A stretch of 64,000 bases of DNA from a phage, in assembly GCA_025677605.1 (NCBI GenBank), contig GCA_025677605.1_4110.1; one strand, given 5' to 3'. Every line of letters begins with the position of its first letter. Position 1 is the stretch's first letter. The position numbers were made by a program, and so were the translations under genes. The notes beneath the pieces are model-generated. The model was not told the origin of the DNA. It ran no database searches and was given only the letters and a program-made list of their open reading frames with translations. Below are positions 35,962 through 45,421 of this stretch, one piece after another.

Positions 35962-36753
35962 TTAGATTTCGAATACCAATTTAGGATTGTAATCGAAATT
36001 CTCACAAGCTCCACTATAAGATTCGTAACCTCTTGGATTACAAATGATACGTGTCTTACCGATGTGGTAATCAAAGCTACTATGAACATGACCATGAATC
36101 CAAACATCAGCACCCAAATCTTCAATGTACTGATCCATGTCTGAACAGTAACAACCATTCAGTGAATCGTTTTTATATTTTGGTGAAACACTTTGAAAAC
36201 TCGGTGCGTGATGGGTAATCACGATGACCTTGAAATCATTATCCTGCATTAAGCGTACTGTGTCAACTGAATTTTTGATAAATTGTTTATCTTTGTGATG
36301 CATGAACTCAGTATCTTCTGGTGTCAGTTTCTTACGCCAAGGCTCGGATGTTGTTCCATGACGGATGTGTTTATAATCGTTCATCTTCTGACGAGCATCA
36401 AACTTCGTCATGGAATTACCTTTGTCAAAGTCTGTCCACAGAGTACTACCAACGAGCAAAACACCATCCAGCCATACAAATTTGTTTTGCAAAAAGATGA
36501 AATTAGGAAACTCATCTTGTATATCGGACAGTACTTGATGCGTTTTGTAAATGTTCGAACCGTAGTACTCGTGGTTGCCAGGAACCAGTACTACATTCTT
36601 GAACTGCTTACACAGTGATTCGATGCCAGTACGATAACGGCTGCGTTTAACTTCATCGAAATCCCCTGCAATGATCAGTACTGTGTCACTGTAATCACCA
36701 CTGTGGAGGTAATCAGTGCCACCGTGCACATCAGATGTTACGACAAATTTCAT
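35962..36753 (-). CDS. calcineurin-like metallophosphoesterase
   Basis: motifs SDVHGG, AGDF, PGNHEY, GHVH; probable ATG 36753 with GGAGG RBS (track start further upstream overlaps ligase gene). Confidence 0.7.
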   Translation of the reverse strand: MKFVVTSDVHGGTDYLHSGDYSDTVLIIAGDFDEVKRSRYRTGIESLCKQFKNVVLVPGNHEYYGSNIYKTHQVLSDIQDEFPNFIFLQNKFVWLDGVLLVGSTLWTDFDKGNSMTKFDARQKMNDYKHIRHGTTSEPWRKKLTPEDTEFMHHKDKQFIKNSVDTVRLMQDNDFKVIVITHHAPSFQSVSPKYKNDSLNGCYCSDMDQYIEDLGADVWIHGHVHSSFDYHIGKTRIICNPRGYESYSGACENFDYNPKLVFEI

Positions 36754-36772
36754 AATTACCTCCAATAAATGT

Positions 36773-38191
36773 TTAGCCAAGTGATTCAATAATACTGTTT
36801 GAGAAGACCTCAACTGCACTATCACGAATTTCTAAGATACGAGTATAATCGTCACAAGTGTTTTTGTCAAATCTAAATTCAATAAACACTGGTAAGAATA
36901 GTGATGGTTCACCAGTACGCTTATCATATACTACGTCATTGCACTCAATTGTAACAACTTTGCCAATGAGTTCTTGCATTCTTTCCCAAATGGTTTTAAA
37001 TGTCCATTCAGCATCTTTCTCTTTAATGCCTGTTCCTACGCTTACTTTTAGTGTACCACAAGCACTTTCCAGTTGTAAAGAACCAAGCATACCTTTACGC
37101 TTACCTTCACCTTCATTGAAACCAACAATACGCAAGTCCAGTTGCATTTTCAATTTCATTTTCAACTGCTTAGGAGAAGTATGAGATTTCCAGATACCAT
37201 CTTCACATTTCAGTACTGAACCTTCTTCACCTGAACTCATGAGTTCAGAGTTGTAAGCAAAGGCTTCTTTGAGATCCTTCACCTTACGATATCCAACCAT
37301 ACGCACGAATTCACTACCTAATGCATTGATTGCACCTTCAAGAATCTCGCGACGTTCCTTACGTTTCACATCCCAGATACCAGCACAATAAGCATCATAT
37401 GGCACTACATCCCAGAGAACGAATACAGTACGCATTGCTTCGTTTTGGGTGATAGTATCCTTACCAGCTTTCTGAATGATGCCGTTACCAGTTGTACGTG
37501 GAAGAATAGTTTCCCCATCAGTATCCAGTACTAAACCCTCGCCCATAAAGACTACACCACTACTGAAACGTTCATCTGTACTTTGAATATGATGAGCAAG
37601 TCCAGCCATTTCAGCATCACGACAACCGAGGAAGTCATAAATCTTACCATTACGGGAAGTGGATGTTAATGATGCATTGATAACAACGTGGTTCAAGTAC
37701 TGACCATCCATCTTAACTTCAGCAACGGCATAACCATAATCTTTGAAGTTGATGTTCTTAGCAGTTTTCTTGTCAATCAATGAACAACGCATATAAGGTT
37801 CATCTTTAATAAAGCCTTTACCGAATACATCATTACAGTTCTTTTCCTGAATACCACAATCAAGGTTCTTCGTGAGCATTTTACGGAGAACTTCCTGATC
37901 ATCTTCAGATACGGAACCCAGTACTGAAGCAATGAAATCACGCCCCGTATTACCCGTCACACCACGCTTATAGATGCATTCTAGCTTATCAATAGCTTCA
38001 TCTAACGTCATATGTTGATACACGTCAGCAGCGTCTGGTAGCTTCTTATAGCCACTTACGATAGTAGGGTCTAGCGTATATTTCAGTACTTTTTTGAGTG
38101 TTTCATTGTTTTTGTTTTCTTCAAGGATTGCTTTCTTACCAAGTGTACTTGAAGTCTTTTTGATTTGTTCCAGAATTGCTAAAATGCTCAT
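36773..38191 (-). CDS. ATP-dependent DNA ligase (T4 gp30-like)
   Basis: 472 aa; adenylation motif EVKMDGQ (KxDG); size close to T4 DNA ligase. Confidence 0.8.
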   Translation of the reverse strand: MSILAILEQIKKTSSTLGKKAILEENKNNETLKKVLKYTLDPTIVSGYKKLPDAADVYQHMTLDEAIDKLECIYKRGVTGNTGRDFIASVLGSVSEDDQEVLRKMLTKNLDCGIQEKNCNDVFGKGFIKDEPYMRCSLIDKKTAKNINFKDYGYAVAEVKMDGQYLNHVVINASLTSTSRNGKIYDFLGCRDAEMAGLAHHIQSTDERFSSGVVFMGEGLVLDTDGETILPRTTGNGIIQKAGKDTITQNEAMRTVFVLWDVVPYDAYCAGIWDVKRKERREILEGAINALGSEFVRMVGYRKVKDLKEAFAYNSELMSSGEEGSVLKCEDGIWKSHTSPKQLKMKLKMQLDLRIVGFNEGEGKRKGMLGSLQLESACGTLKVSVGTGIKEKDAEWTFKTIWERMQELIGKVVTIECNDVVYDKRTGEPSLFLPVFIEFRFDKNTCDDYTRILEIRDSAVEVFSNSIIESLG

Positions 38192-38200
38192 TATATTCCC

Positions 38201-39397
38201 TTATAGATAATAGGTTCCATAAAAAATAGGACAGTCAGTGCTAATATGAACCATAGTTTTTTTATTAGATTCTGATGAATTATTACTATATCGTTTGGTC
38301 GGTGGATAGAAAGGTGAATTATAACCACGCCATGTATTGAAAGATGTATGTTCATCGATATCAACATCCATTGACATTACACCATTCGCATCAACTTCTA
38401 CTGGGTATCCGCAGTATTTTTCAAAATCACCCTTGTACGCTATAGAATAATCATGGCGATAATATCCATAGGAATTTCTGCTGTTGTTATCTGAAATACC
38501 AAAGAATACACGATATTTTTGACCATTCTGTTCAGTCATGAATAATACGTTTTCATTGAAACGACCATTAACAAGAACGTCTTTAGTGATTTCAGTGTAT
38601 TTTACTTTCATATCAGTACTTTTAAATGATTTAGTACTGATCAGTACTGGCCTATTACATTCACCTAATGCGTTCTCAGTTCGCATTCGGTACGTATTGA
38701 AATATGCATTTGCTTTAACAATTTCAGCTTCCATTGTTGTTTTAACGTTATGGAGTGCTCTGGGTGTTAATTCGTATCGGTCAAGGCTTGCACATACACC
38801 ATATGTACCATCAGCGATACAATACACCATATGATAGAAAGAACTTTTGTTAGGTAAAGAGAATTCTTTAGTTTTCTTCAAACAAAGAGCATGAACGCGA
38901 CCACAATAGTAGTACTCTTTTTTGTTATAAAGGAATCCATCACCAACTTTCAACTCACCAACAACGCTTTTACGTTCTTCAGCTTTTTCTTGCTTCTCTT
39001 GCATCTTAGCAAATGTTTTTGTATTACCATTGATGAGTTCAAGATTATTATTAAAGAACATAGCATCTTGGAATACACCATTAACGATATCATTGTGTGT
39101 GATTAAGTCCAGCATATTGTTTGCAGTGATATTGAACTCAAATCCTTCTGGGTGACGACAAACAAAATAGGTATCACGCCCACTGTGAATCAATTTTTGA
39201 ACAATAGCAAAACCTTTTTTCGGTTCATTGTCGAGTATAAGTGACGGCATATTATTGGTTCTTGCCCAGTACTCAACACGTTCTTTCTTAGTTTCAAATG
39301 CTTTAGTGTGCATTTTAGTTGCGTCGATAATATATCCGTCAACCTGATCCCCACTAACAAAACGTCTTGCGACGAAAATCTTTTCAGGAAAATTCAT
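38201..39397 (-). CDS. hypothetical protein
   Basis: ~399 aa from internal ATG (MNFPEK...) giving a one-base overlap with upstream gene; track start 39460. Confidence 0.5.
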   Translation of the reverse strand: MNFPEKIFVARRFVSGDQVDGYIIDATKMHTKAFETKKERVEYWARTNNMPSLILDNEPKKGFAIVQKLIHSGRDTYFVCRHPEGFEFNITANNMLDLITHNDIVNGVFQDAMFFNNNLELINGNTKTFAKMQEKQEKAEERKSVVGELKVGDGFLYNKKEYYYCGRVHALCLKKTKEFSLPNKSSFYHMVYCIADGTYGVCASLDRYELTPRALHNVKTTMEAEIVKANAYFNTYRMRTENALGECNRPVLISTKSFKSTDMKVKYTEITKDVLVNGRFNENVLFMTEQNGQKYRVFFGISDNNSRNSYGYYRHDYSIAYKGDFEKYCGYPVEVDANGVMSMDVDIDEHTSFNTWRGYNSPFYPPTKRYSNNSSESNKKTMVHISTDCPIFYGTYYL

Positions 39398-39816
39398 CAA
39401 ATAGTCCTCATTGTACTCATAGCTTTTAGTGTTTCGTACATATGACCGTATTTGTGACATAGCTGTAAATCAGTCATTGGGTCGTTAGTACGCATCAGTG
39501 CCATGTCATCAATCATTTCTTCAGTGCATAGTACTGCTACACTAGTGAGGGTATCGTTCAAACCTGGTTCATTGAATTTAGCAAATGGAACCTTGCCCTG
39601 TTTGGATAGATTCTCGTAATGAGTGGTTAATTTATCTTGGTTGCCAGCATTGAGAATTACAATAGTTTCGTGCTCATTATACCATTTATCGATTAGAGTA
39701 CTGAATACTGAACCTTCATAATCTTTGACGAGTTTAATACCAGCATGAAATGCCTGAATGCCAGCCTGAACACCCTGACAGTACATGTTTGTTAAGCAAT
39801 ATAGTTTCACTTCCAT
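39397..39816 (-). CDS. hypothetical protein
   Basis: 139 aa ORF. Confidence 0.5.
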   Translation of the reverse strand: MEVKLYCLTNMYCQGVQAGIQAFHAGIKLVKDYEGSVFSTLIDKWYNEHETIVILNAGNQDKLTTHYENLSKQGKVPFAKFNEPGLNDTLTSVAVLCTEEMIDDMALMRTNDPMTDLQLCHKYGHMYETLKAMSTMRTI

Positions 39817-40034
39817 ACCTCTTGTTTTTCTACATATCCTTTACCATCACAATCTGGACATGCATAATATCGACGAAATTCTTCATCGGGAACTTGTTGT
39901 GTTCCGTTACATTTAGGACAAATGCGACGAACACCAGAAATAATACGTTCATGATGCTCAGCTTGTTTAGCTGAATCAAAAATGCGACCATCTTCAGTTT
40001 GATATTTTTCAACCTGAACATAAATTACTTTCAT
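39807..40034 (-). CDS. zinc-ribbon protein
   Basis: 75 aa with CPKCNG ... CPDCDG paired CxxC motifs. Confidence 0.5.
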   Translation of the reverse strand: MKVIYVQVEKYQTEDGRIFDSAKQAEHHERIISGVRRICPKCNGTQQVPDEEFRRYYACPDCDGKGYVEKQEVWK

Positions 40035-40321
40035 TTTATATCCTTATAAAAAGTTAAATCTTCAGTGCTTAATTGTACAAAACATTTGTTAGTTTCATTG
40101 TCAACCAGAATTTCAACATACACCTTCACTTCATGAATTGTTACAATTCTATGAATCACACCAATAGTAGTTCCATCTATATATGGTAGCTCAACCCAAC
40201 GACCAACCAATTTATCACTTAAATGGTCTTTCATTTGTTGGTTGGTATCATTGATTATTGCATCGAGTGATTTTTTAAAAAAGTTAAATTCGGTTAATGC
40301 ACTATCAATCATGTCATGCAT
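40031..40321 (-). CDS. small protein, member of dispersed ~90-aa paralogue family
   Basis: 96 aa; K.LVGRWVEL motif at the family-typical position. Confidence 0.45.
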   Translation of the reverse strand: MHDMIDSALTEFNFFKKSLDAIINDTNQQMKDHLSDKLVGRWVELPYIDGTTIGVIHRIVTIHEVKVYVEILVDNETNKCFVQLSTEDLTFYKDIK

Positions 40322-40326
40322 AATAA

Positions 40327-41070
40327 TTACCTTTTGAATCGACTAAATGAATATTCGTCTTTTTCTTTACGCAAATAACGCATCTTACCACCTTGTGGGG
40401 TAGCAATAGTCAAATCACCAGTAAGAAACTGACTGTCAATCCAGATACGGTTACCATAAATGAGGGGATCAAACACGGCAGTATGCCCACTAAGTACATA
40501 ATCTACGTTGGTAATACGTGATGCATTAAAGACGTTGTTGGCTTTACAGAAATCAAATGTCTTTCTGTCCCATAGGCATGACTCAATTGTATCACTGGAC
40601 ATTGATTTTGTCCCAGTAATGAACTTATTCCAGTCAGTGTGCTTAAGGTCTACACTTGCATGTACGAGGCCAATCTTGAGTCCTCTGTGATTGATTTGGA
40701 TAATCATAGGTAGCTGGTTCAAGTACTGACGGAAGAATTCCACTCCTGATACACCAACTTCTTCCAGGAACTTATCGCCCCCATTCTGTGTCCAGCAATG
40801 ATACCAGTCACGATGAGTTGCAGAATCAATACACATCGATTCATGATTGCCCATGATCATATATCGATTCTCAGCGAATAAAAACTCAAACAAAAGGTGA
40901 GCACTTTGCTCACCTCTGTCAATTAAATCGCCTAAACTGAATACATAATCTTCAGGAGTAATACCAAATTCTTTCTTGGTATGTTCCCATAGTTTTGCAT
41001 TACCGTGAATGTCTCCTACTATATACAAATCTTTTTCATCAGGAACTGTTACTTCTAAGAAATGTTTCAT
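40327..41070 (-). CDS. Ser/Thr protein phosphatase (PPP-family metallophosphatase, lambda-phosphatase-like)
   Basis: GDIHG, GDLIDRG and GNHE motifs in canonical order. Confidence 0.75.
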   Translation of the reverse strand: MKHFLEVTVPDEKDLYIVGDIHGNAKLWEHTKKEFGITPEDYVFSLGDLIDRGEQSAHLLFEFLFAENRYMIMGNHESMCIDSATHRDWYHCWTQNGGDKFLEEVGVSGVEFFRQYLNQLPMIIQINHRGLKIGLVHASVDLKHTDWNKFITGTKSMSSDTIESCLWDRKTFDFCKANNVFNASRITNVDYVLSGHTAVFDPLIYGNRIWIDSQFLTGDLTIATPQGGKMRYLRKEKDEYSFSRFKR

Positions 41071-41321
41071 TGTTCTTTAATCCATATAATTTTATCATAG
41101 GTGACAACTTGAGTATTGGCAATTTGGTCATTAACATAGCAATCTACGTAATATCGCACATCACCATAATATGTTCCCATATCTCTTATGCATATTTTTT
41201 GCCAACCTCTGGAGTGTTTAAGAAGAATTTCTTGACCAATATATTTGTGCTTAGCACGTTGGACAAAATCATCAGATAACGATTGTAACATCTTTAACTG
41301 TTCAATTTCCGTCTTTGTCAT
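41067..41321 (-). CDS. small paralogue-family protein
   Basis: 84 aa; HKYIGQEILL motif. Confidence 0.45.
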   Translation of the reverse strand: MTKTEIEQLKMLQSLSDDFVQRAKHKYIGQEILLKHSRGWQKICIRDMGTYYGDVRYYVDCYVNDQIANTQVVTYDKIIWIKEQ

Positions 41322-41544
41322 GTTTCTTCTTCTTGAATTTTGTTAGTGTATCGTAAAAATCTTTACAGATTGAAATGAAAAGATACACCAACGACACAGG
41401 CCACAGTACTGATAACATAGAGCAGGTACTAATATTAATCATTGTGGTAGGGGTATCTTTAAAAGAACCCCAATTGATGATAAGAAAAGTACTGATAAAT
41501 GTACTCAGTACTCCTACACCATACAAAGCAAAAAATAAAATCAT
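41302..41544 (-). CDS. small membrane protein
   Basis: 80 aa, two hydrophobic segments. Confidence 0.45.
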   Translation of the reverse strand: MILFFALYGVGVLSTFISTFLIINWGSFKDTPTTMINISTCSMLSVLWPVSLVYLFISICKDFYDTLTKFKKKKHDKDGN

Positions 41545-41889
41545 TTATTCCTCTTCTATTAGTTCTAAACGATCTAAACGGTAAGTGAATCCGTACCATT
41601 CAGAACTTTTTGGATTTTCATATTCAACATCAACATAGATTGATGAATTCTTTACTCGCAACAAAGTAATAAACATAACTGTATTTTCGTTGATATGAGA
41701 AGCTTCATCATCACAATAAATCCAGTCAGAATCTACTTCATCCTCCTTAGCCTTATTGATGTGGTCAATATACTCTTGAGTGAATTTTACTTTTTTGCCT
41801 ATTAATTTATTTTTTAAGGTACTAACGAATTCTGATTGAAGATCAAGGAGAGATTCGAAGTACCTTAGTTCAGATGATAACGGAACCAT
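41545..41889 (-). CDS. small paralogue-family protein
   Basis: 114 aa; NKLIGKKVKF motif. Confidence 0.45.
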   Translation of the reverse strand: MVPLSSELRYFESLLDLQSEFVSTLKNKLIGKKVKFTQEYIDHINKAKEDEVDSDWIYCDDEASHINENTVMFITLLRVKNSSIYVDVEYENPKSSEWYGFTYRLDRLELIEEE

Positions 41890-42506
41890 TAATCACAGCT
41901 TCCTGAACTTGAGCTTGAACTATCACAAGAGCCACTGTCATAAGAGGAAGATGAGTCGCTATAGGATGAAGTACTGATAATTGCGGCAGTTGTTGCTGCT
42001 GTCAGTAGAACAGTGCTTGTACCATCATCAGTACTGGTAGTACTGGAAGATGCTTCCTTATCAGTTTTAGTGCTTTTGCGAGTTGTACTGGTTTTTTTGG
42101 TATTTTTAGTGCTAGTCTTGCGACCTTTTGTTTTCTTAGAAGTTTTTGCTTTTGTTTTAGTTGTTGATGCTTTTGGTTGTGGTTCTTCTTTTACTGGAAC
42201 TTCTTCAACTTCTTCCTGAACTGATTTAACTTCTTCAGCCGCACCATCAATGTAAACGTCATCAACAGTTAAAGTTGGCGTATATCCTTCAAAAACTGGT
42301 ACATCATGTACTGCTTTATCACGATTATCGTCAATGACTGGTGTCATGTCACGGCGACCCATAATAATTAGTAAACCTAGTTCTAGTACTGGCGTAAAAA
42401 TAATACCAAATACTGTGTATGCCAGTGCATTACGGTTGTAAGATTTTGCCAAAAACCAACCAATAACCAGACCAAGTACGTATAGTACGTATAGTGCATA
42501 AATCAT
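41889..42506 (-). CDS. membrane-anchored low-complexity protein
   Basis: 205 aa: N-terminal TM helices, Lys/Thr-rich basic tract and Ser/Cys-rich acidic tail (SSSYDSGSCDSSSSSSGSCD). Confidence 0.5.
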   Translation of the reverse strand: MIYALYVLYVLGLVIGWFLAKSYNRNALAYTVFGIIFTPVLELGLLIIMGRRDMTPVIDDNRDKAVHDVPVFEGYTPTLTVDDVYIDGAAEEVKSVQEEVEEVPVKEEPQPKASTTKTKAKTSKKTKGRKTSTKNTKKTSTTRKSTKTDKEASSSTTSTDDGTSTVLLTAATTAAIISTSSYSDSSSSYDSGSCDSSSSSSGSCD

Positions 42507-42802
42507 AGTATGACTCCTTTAATTACAATTATTTTACCGATATCTTCGATATAATTAGAAAAGTGATAGTTGTCTTGGTATATCAACCACGCACCAAACC
42601 CATCTACTATTTCGATTATATTAATTTCTTCAATTGGATTATTTTTACATTCAGCAACTAACGGACAAAAATAATCATTTAAAATTTGAAGATATATTTT
42701 ACTTACCTCTAACCATTCAGTTCTATTATAGTATTTGTCAAAAGTAAAAGTTTCCCACAGAAGTTTATATGTTTCTTCTGCTTCATATAATATTTTAATC
42801 AT
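42503..42802 (-). CDS. hypothetical protein
   Basis: 99 aa ORF. Confidence 0.45.
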   Translation of the reverse strand: MIKILYEAEETYKLLWETFTFDKYYNRTEWLEVSKIYLQILNDYFCPLVAECKNNPIEEINIIEIVDGFGAWLIYQDNYHFSNYIEDIGKIIVIKGVIL

Positions 42803-43101
42803 ATACTAATAATTTCGTTAGTGGATACTACTCTTCCGTACATCAATGGGATTACGTACACATTTGGAACCGAAATCCCCACTGATTTAATTGTATCACA
42901 TAGCTCATTATTTGTCCTGGCATTTTTGAACTTTATTTCTCTACCTTCAAATGCATCAATAACAGATTGTGAATATGAATCCATTAACACCCTGAAGTTA
43001 ATCATCATAGTTGGGTAGTCTAGTATCCCCTCAAGTCGCATATCATGGCACGTTCTGAATAGCATAATGTATGTTTTATGACAAAGTAATAGTTCATTCA
43101 T
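42799..43101 (-). CDS. hypothetical protein
   Basis: 100 aa ORF. Confidence 0.45.
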   Translation of the reverse strand: MNELLLCHKTYIMLFRTCHDMRLEGILDYPTMMINFRVLMDSYSQSVIDAFEGREIKFKNARTNNELCDTIKSVGISVPNVYVIPLMYGRVVSTNEIISI

Positions 43102-43415
43102 ATGAAAATCTCATCCAGATACAATGTAGTACTGGGTCTGTCTGTATTAACATCAGTACTGCAATCAATCATCAGACCGTAGTCAGTACCCCATATTTGC
43201 TTGATATAAAGGTCATAATCACGACTGGTATTTGCTTCATATACTACATTATTATAAAAAAGATCAGTCAATTCGTAATAGAAATCTTTAACACGTTTAT
43301 TCACCTCTTTTCTGTACATATCCATCTCAACGTTATCAATGTACAATAACCATTTCAGACAATAATTAAAATGATTCTCGTACATTATTAATTTATTATA
43401 TTCTTCTTGTGTCAT
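43098..43415 (-). CDS. hypothetical protein
   Basis: 105 aa ORF. Confidence 0.45.
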   Translation of the reverse strand: MTQEEYNKLIMYENHFNYCLKWLLYIDNVEMDMYRKEVNKRVKDFYYELTDLFYNNVVYEANTSRDYDLYIKQIWGTDYGLMIDCSTDVNTDRPSTTLYLDEIFI

Positions 43416-43735
43416 AGTTCAATCTCTTCTATGTACATACTATTTTCTATGTACGGATCAAATGGGTGTATTTTATAATCAACGAATATTCCATATCCTG
43501 TACCAAAAACACCATGAATATATACAATATCATCTTCGCACTTAATAGTTCTGTACTTAAATCTCTTTTCCAATGATTCATATATTTCACTAATTATACA
43601 GTTAATATAGTTATATAACTGATGGTTTGATTTAGTGCATTGTTCTTCAAGAAGTATATTATATAGAATCAGAAAGTATCTGTTTATATAATTCAAATAA
43701 TCTAATTCACTTTTTGTTATTAACGTGTTGGTCAT
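43412..43735 (-). CDS. hypothetical protein
   Basis: 107 aa ORF. Confidence 0.45.
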   Translation of the reverse strand: MTNTLITKSELDYLNYINRYFLILYNILLEEQCTKSNHQLYNYINCIISEIYESLEKRFKYRTIKCEDDIVYIHGVFGTGYGIFVDYKIHPFDPYIENSMYIEEIEL

Positions 43736-44123
43736 ATATAATCTCTATCTCATTTGAATCGTAATATGCTTTATGGGTTCTTGTTTTATTTTGGTATTTT
43801 ATTTTGGTTTTGATAAAATATATAACCTTTTTCCATTCATAATACACGTACTCAATTTTACCATAGTCACCAGTACTAAGTAATACTTTTTTACCTTTGT
43901 ACAGTTCTTGTAATTGTGTTTTATAATCCTCAAGAAATCTACTTTCAAAAATTTTTACATCACTTTCCATCACAAGGTCGATAAGAATAGCAAGATGCCT
44001 ATCCAATAATAGTAAGTTCTCTTGATCGTATTGCATAATATCTTTGTCCATTATCAGATTTTGCCGTATACATGTATGCCCCATAAGAATATGATATGTT
44101 GGTAATTTCAACTTCTCTTCCAA
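43707..44123 (-). CDS. hypothetical protein (start uncertain)
   Basis: 138 aa track ORF overlapping upstream ORF by ~125 nt; true start probably an internal Met. Confidence 0.35.
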   Translation of the reverse strand: MEEKLKLPTYHILMGHTCIRQNLIMDKDIMQYDQENLLLLDRHLAILIDLVMESDVKIFESRFLEDYKTQLQELYKGKKVLLSTGDYGKIEYVYYEWKKVIYFIKTKIKYQNKTRTHKAYYDSNEIEIIYDQHVNNKK

Positions 44124-44370
44124 GATATATAGCTTTTGTTCCTACGTATTTTTTAAGCAGTGGTGTAGTTAGATCAAGGAGATAGGTTTCAAGGAAATCG
44201 GAAATATCATAACATGGGTCTACTAATTGAGTATGAAAGAAACGACGAGTATCTCTTATCAATTTCACTTGCCTGTCATACAATTCTAATCTCGTCATAT
44301 GTTGCATCCCATAAAAAACCTGCTCGTTCGCACCTGTACAAAATATTACCATTCCAGGTCGCCACTTCAA
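43999..44370 (-). CDS. small paralogue-family protein (start uncertain)
   Basis: KKYVGTKAIYL motif; track start is TTG, probable internal ATG. Confidence 0.35.
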   Translation of the reverse strand: MKWRPGMVIFCTGANEQVFYGMQHMTRLELYDRQVKLIRDTRRFFHTQLVDPCYDISDFLETYLLDLTTPLLKKYVGTKAIYLGREVEITNISYSYGAYMYTAKSDNGQRYYAIRSRELTIIG

Positions 44371-44557
44371 TAATTGTCCATGTTAAATCGGTATCATCTA
44401 GAACATTGACACCAAAAACCACTTTTGATAATTCGTTCTCGTAATTATCCATCAGTACTGATAATGATGTTAGTAATCTTTCATCGGATTCTGAAAAATA
44501 TAAACTACGTAAAATACGATAATGATAATAAAAAAACTTCAATGAATCATTATTCAT
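44276..44557 (-). CDS. hypothetical protein
   Basis: 93 aa, ATG 44557. Confidence 0.45.
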   Translation of the reverse strand: MNNDSLKFFYYHYRILRSLYFSESDERLLTSLSVLMDNYENELSKVVFGVNVLDDTDLTWTIIEVATWNGNILYRCERAGFLWDATYDEIRIV

Positions 44558-44859
44558 GAAAAAATAAACCTCGAATATATTCTTGAGCGAAATGTTATAT
44601 TACTTGGGATATATTTGCAACAAAGGTATGGATATCCGTAAGTGCTGGATTCGATTTTGGTAATAATAACATCACTACCTCGATATTTGCACTGAACATT
44701 TGAGTATTTTTTATTCAAAAAGTCAAGATATTCATCATGAAAATGAATGAGTTGTTCTTCAAACTTGTATTGTTTTTCATTATACATTGCAAGAGATTCT
44801 TCTTTAAGAAGATATAATGTTTTCAATAATGCTTGGAATTCATTCGTATTCATATCCAT
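44554..44859 (-). CDS. hypothetical protein
   Basis: 101 aa ORF. Confidence 0.45.
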   Translation of the reverse strand: MDMNTNEFQALLKTLYLLKEESLAMYNEKQYKFEEQLIHFHDEYLDFLNKKYSNVQCKYRGSDVIITKIESSTYGYPYLCCKYIPSNITFRSRIYSRFIFS

Positions 44860-45106
44860 CCACAGTAGTTATTGTTGCTCGCGTTGTGAATTGGTATCTA
44901 TGCCCATACATATCAACGCCAGATACAACTATATTATTGTTAGTATCAAGATATACTGAATCAATTTTAATAATGCGTTCCCAGTCACTTGTATCATAGA
45001 CACATTTAACATATGTATCTTTATATTTTTCTGATAGTTGCTTTACTAAATTTTTCAGTACTTGAATATGTGAATTAACAAATTGGAAATCTATATTAAT
45101 ATTCAT
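44840..45106 (-). CDS. hypothetical protein
   Basis: 88 aa ORF. Confidence 0.45.
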   Translation of the reverse strand: MNINIDFQFVNSHIQVLKNLVKQLSEKYKDTYVKCVYDTSDWERIIKIDSVYLDTNNNIVVSGVDMYGHRYQFTTRATITTVDGYEYE

Positions 45107-45108
45107 GT

Positions 45109-45369
45109 TTATTCATCCGTTATAGATAATTCAGAGATAATTTTTACCATATGTTCACCCAAGAAATTGTTAGATCCAGTTAGGAATATTTTAGCTTTTA
45201 TTTTAATTTCATCACTAAGTGGAGAATAATAAATCTCTACAATTTGTCCACGTCTCCCAGTTGATAAACATGTAGCAATTTTGCCTATGTACTTGATTCG
45301 CAACTCTTCCATTAGGGAGTGCAAAACCAACTGACATTGTTTGAAATGTACATCATAACTATTATCCAT
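45109..45369 (-). CDS. small paralogue-family protein
   Basis: 86 aa; IKYIGKIATC motif. Confidence 0.45.
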   Translation of the reverse strand: MDNSYDVHFKQCQLVLHSLMEELRIKYIGKIATCLSTGRRGQIVEIYYSPLSDEIKIKAKIFLTGSNNFLGEHMVKIISELSITDE

Positions 45370-45393
45370 TATATCACCTAAATTAAAAGAAAA

Positions 45394-45411
45394 GGGATCA
45401 GTACTGATCCC
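45394..45411 (-). terminator. palindromic terminator hairpin centred on CAGTACTG
   Basis: perfect 18-nt palindrome gggatcagtactgatccc flanked by A-rich run; minus-strand U-rich tail; downstream of pseT. Confidence 0.5.
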
Positions 45412-45421
45412 TTTGTAATAA

